Assembly: GCA_039937835.1 (NCBI GenBank)
Contig: JBDTFR010000022.1
Span: forward strand, 5,769 to 69,768
Source of the DNA: Bacteroidia bacterium
GTDB taxonomy: Bacteria > Bacteroidota > Bacteroidia > 2-12-FULL-35-15
Direction of reading: 5' to 3'
Length of the DNA: 64,000 bases
Shown here: one piece after another, positions 62,045 through 64,000 of the stretch
Layout of the letters: each line of letters begins with the position of its first letter
Position numbering within the stretch: the first letter of the stretch is position 1
Program-made: the position numbers and the translations under genes
The notes under the pieces: model-generated
Told to the model about the DNA's origin: nothing
What the model saw: the letters and a program-made list of their open reading frames with translations, nothing else
The model's database searches: none

Positions 62045-62102
62045 CGTGGGAACGGAAGGGTGAAACTCCCTTGCGTGACCCGATTAGGGAGCAATATGTG
62101 AT

Positions 62103-62127
62103 GGTCTACACAAAAGACCTTTTTTTA
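62103..62127 (+). terminator. Rho-independent terminator immediately 3' of the intron
   Basis: GGTCT-ACACAAA-AGACC followed by TTTTTTT. Confidence 0.55.
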
Positions 62128-62163
62128 TTTGGAGATGGTTGTCTGATTAGTTAACTTTGTGCT

Positions 62164-62511
62164 GTGAGTTTCGAACGACAAGTAATAGCTTATAAAAAAT
62201 ATTTTCTAGACTTTTATAAGGAACAGTCTGGTAACGTTCAGGCGAAAATTGAGTGGACGTTGGAGTTAATAAGGGTAAATAAACAGATTCCTGAGAAATA
62301 TTTTAAACATATGGCCGGGACGAAAGGACTCTATGAAGTTAGAGTTGAAGTCGGAAGTAATATTTTTAGAATTTTTGCATTCTTCGATAAAGGGAATTTG
62401 GTTGTATTAGGGAACGCTTTTCAAAAGAAAACTCAAAAGACCCCTAAACTTGAAATTGAAAAGGCACTTAAAATAATGGAGGAATATAATTATGAAAAAA
62501 ATAGCAAGTAA
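62164..62511 (+). CDS. higB: HigB-like / Gp49 (PF05973-like) RelE/ParE-superfamily type II toxin (GTG start)
   Basis: GLYEVRVEVGSNIFRIFAFFDKGNLVVLGNAFQKKTQKTPKLEIEKALK is the hallmark block of the phage-related HigB/Gp49 toxin family. The ORF opens with GTG. Confidence 0.75.
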   Translation: MSFERQVIAYKKYFLDFYKEQSGNVQAKIEWTLELIRVNKQIPEKYFKHMAGTKGLYEVRVEVGSNIFRIFAFFDKGNLVVLGNAFQKKTQKTPKLEIEKALKIMEEYNYEKNSK

Positions 62512-62800
62512 AAATATCACGACCTTAGACGAGATTCTTGACAAGAAATACGGAAAGAAAGGCGCTCCGAAACGTGAAAAATGGGAACAAGAGTTTGAAG
62601 CATTTCGACTCGGTGCATTACTTGAAGAAGCGCGCTTGAAAATGGGTTTAACACAAGAGGAACTCGCTGAAAAATGTGGAACAAATAAATCATATATTTC
62701 CCGCATCGAGAATAATGCATCAGACATAAGACTTTCCACACTTATGAAAATTATTCAGCAAGGCCTCGGTGGTCATTTAAAGCTAACACTTCAACTTTAG
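62492..62800 (+). CDS. higA: XRE-family HTH antitoxin (HigA-like)
   Basis: Overlaps the toxin gene by 20 bp. HTH in LTQEELAEKCGTNKSYISRIENN. 102 aa. Toxin-first gene order, as in higBA. Confidence 0.75.
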   Translation: MKKIASKNITTLDEILDKKYGKKGAPKREKWEQEFEAFRLGALLEEARLKMGLTQEELAEKCGTNKSYISRIENNASDIRLSTLMKIIQQGLGGHLKLTLQL

Positions 62801-63022
62801 TTTAAAAATAGCACATACCCGTAGCATCGATTTTACATATTGGCGAGCTAATCGCTTCGTATGAAACTAATCAGTAAATTTGAATGCTGTGTTTAGTAGT
62901 AGACCTATTCCTAAAACACGCCACTATGCAAAGCCCAGTTCGTTCGGCGTAATAAAAAAACGAAACCCGAGAAATAGTTTGAGTATATACTATTAATATA
63001 TACCTTTGTAGAAAATAGCATT

Positions 63023-63253
63023 ATGAAAACTCTATCTTTAAAACTTGACGACAAGATTTTTGACGAGGCCGAGGAAATGACCTCGAAACTGAAACTCGCT
63101 AGAAACCGTTATATTAACGAGGCAGTTAATATATACAACCTGTTTAATAAAAAGAAACTTCTTAAAAATCAATTAATAAAAGAGTCCAAACTAACAAGTA
63201 AAGACTCCATGGATGTTCTGCGTGAATTTGAAAAATTAATAGATGGAGATTAA
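63023..63253 (+). CDS. Putative antitoxin (small, helical) of a MazEF/PemIK-like pair
   Basis: 76 aa. It overlaps the downstream PemK/MazF-family gene by 11 bp and is assigned by position and size only. Confidence 0.5.
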   Translation: MKTLSLKLDDKIFDEAEEMTSKLKLARNRYINEAVNIYNLFNKKKLLKNQLIKESKLTSKDSMDVLREFEKLIDGD

Positions 63254-63578
63254 GCAGTTTGATATTTGGCTTGCTGATCTAAATCCAGCTCGCGGAACAG
63301 AACCAGGAAAAACAAGACCCGTTGTAGTGGTTCAGACAAACTTACTTAATGAAATGCATCCATCTACAATAATTTGCCCGATTGCTTCAAAAGTAAATAA
63401 TGAAATTTTATTGTTGAGAGTTCATTTAAAGAAAAATCAGCTCGATAAACCAAGCGATATTCTTATTGATCAAATACGATCTATAGATAACAAAAGGTTG
63501 CTCAAGAGGCTTGGGAAATTAACAAAAGAGCAAGCTCAAACGCTAAAAACAAATATTAGAATTGTTCTAGACATTTAA
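63243..63578 (+). CDS. PemK/MazF-family type II toxin (mRNA interferase)
   Basis: IWLADLNPARGTEPGKTRPVVVVQ (PemK N-terminal signature) plus the downstream ICPIAS and LIDQIRSIDNKRL blocks. 111 aa. Confidence 0.8.
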   Translation: MEIKQFDIWLADLNPARGTEPGKTRPVVVVQTNLLNEMHPSTIICPIASKVNNEILLLRVHLKKNQLDKPSDILIDQIRSIDNKRLLKRLGKLTKEQAQTLKTNIRIVLDI

Positions 63579-63654
63579 ACACATGCCCTAACATCATTTA
63601 TAGCAGATGCCCTTCGGGACATACACCATACACTTACCGTTCAATACCATTAAA

Positions 63655-64000
63655 ATGAATTCAAACATAATCTATATAAAAAATATGGTTTGCCCACGTT
63701 GCATCGACGTGGTAAGAGATATTTGTGAAGAATTAAACATCTCTATAAAGAAAATTCAATTAGGTAAAATAGAAAGTACTTCAGAAATAAGTGATAATTT
63801 AAAATCTAAACTAAGTGATTACTTAACAGAAAGAGGATTCGAATTACTTCAAGATAAAAATCAAAAAATTATTGAAGAAATTAAAACGATAATCGTAACA
63901 CAAATACACCATTCTAAAGAACAGTTAGCCATTAACTTTTCGGCGCACCTTTCTGAAAAATTACATCAAGAATATTCATCACTTAGCCGTCTCTTTTCAT
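63655..64000 (+). CDS. 5' part (partial, runs off window) of an AraC-family transcriptional regulator with N-terminal MVCxRC-type ligand/metal-associated domain
   Basis: ATG at 63655 (MNSNIIYIKNMVCPRCIDVV...). The N-terminal module is common in Bacteroidota AraC/XylS regulators. The expected C-terminal HTH lies outside the window. Confidence 0.5.
   Translation, partial: MNSNIIYIKNMVCPRCIDVVRDICEELNISIKKIQLGKIESTSEISDNLKSKLSDYLTERGFELLQDKNQKIIEEIKTIIVTQIHHSKEQLAINFSAHLSEKLHQEYSSLSRLFS

Larger units (their letters stand above)
60161..62100 (+). mobile_element. Group II intron, bacterial class C-like (ribozyme domains I-VI with intron-encoded RT/maturase in domain IV); 3' boundary approximate
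   Basis: 5' GTGTG at 60161, placed 4 nt after a hairpin (TGGCAG ... CTGCCA, 60108-60156). GC-rich structured RNA covers 60161-60756, followed by the RT ORF. Canonical domain V GAGCCGTGTGAAGGGAGACTTTCAAGCACGGTTC at 62011-62044 carries the AGC triad. The RT has no endonuclease domain. Confidence 0.8.

Noticed and set aside
1-64000. tRNA, rRNA, tmRNA, RNase P or SRP RNA genes
   Set aside because: No cloverleaf-compatible GC-rich 70-90-nt blocks or rRNA-like conserved stretches were recognised by eye. The only unexplained GC-rich intergenic blocks are the intron and the 51.73-51.86 kb segment, which is reported as a low-confidence finding instead.

Overview
This 64 kb window comes from an AT-rich Bacteroidota chromosome. 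Phylum-level evidence is TAnnTTTG -7 promoter boxes, a T9SS C-terminal sorting domain, a Y_Y_Y/LytS-LytTR two-component pair and a short NuoG; no finer taxonomic placement is attempted. Most of it is core housekeeping DNA, as follows:
- purD and purQ
- pgk, nadD
- the acpP-fabF-rnc-(IPExxxVDY)-pyk block
- a complete nuoA-nuoN operon with a lipoprotein gene embedded between nuoD and nuoE
- prfB with its classical +1 programmed frameshift
- recX, lysC, fbp, mfd
- a DUF853 ATPase and a sixA-ppk1-ppx block
Three regions look accessory:
(1) 57.7-63.6 kb: a ~6 kb defence and mobile island between ppx and an AraC-type regulator. It holds an AAA15/ABC ATPase plus a DUF4435/TOPRIM-like gene pair (PARIS/OLD-like architecture), a complete group IIC intron with RT/maturase and recognisable domain V, a HigB/HigA-like toxin-antitoxin pair and a MazE/MazF-like toxin-antitoxin pair.
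(2) 35.1-38.4 kb: an islet after nuoN with a zinc-ribbon membrane protein, a second MazE/MazF pair whose toxin has a non-canonical start, a VF530 gene behind a perfect 15-bp inverted repeat, and a hypothetical gene.
(3) 13.69-14.39 kb: a tandem triplication of a ~245-bp element. Each unit carries a 31-nt invariant core in the loop of a hairpin whose stems covary between copies. It sits in the convergent gap beside a beta-propeller sensor kinase/LytTR pair and has no obvious annotation class.
No rRNA, tRNA or CRISPR array was recognised by eye.
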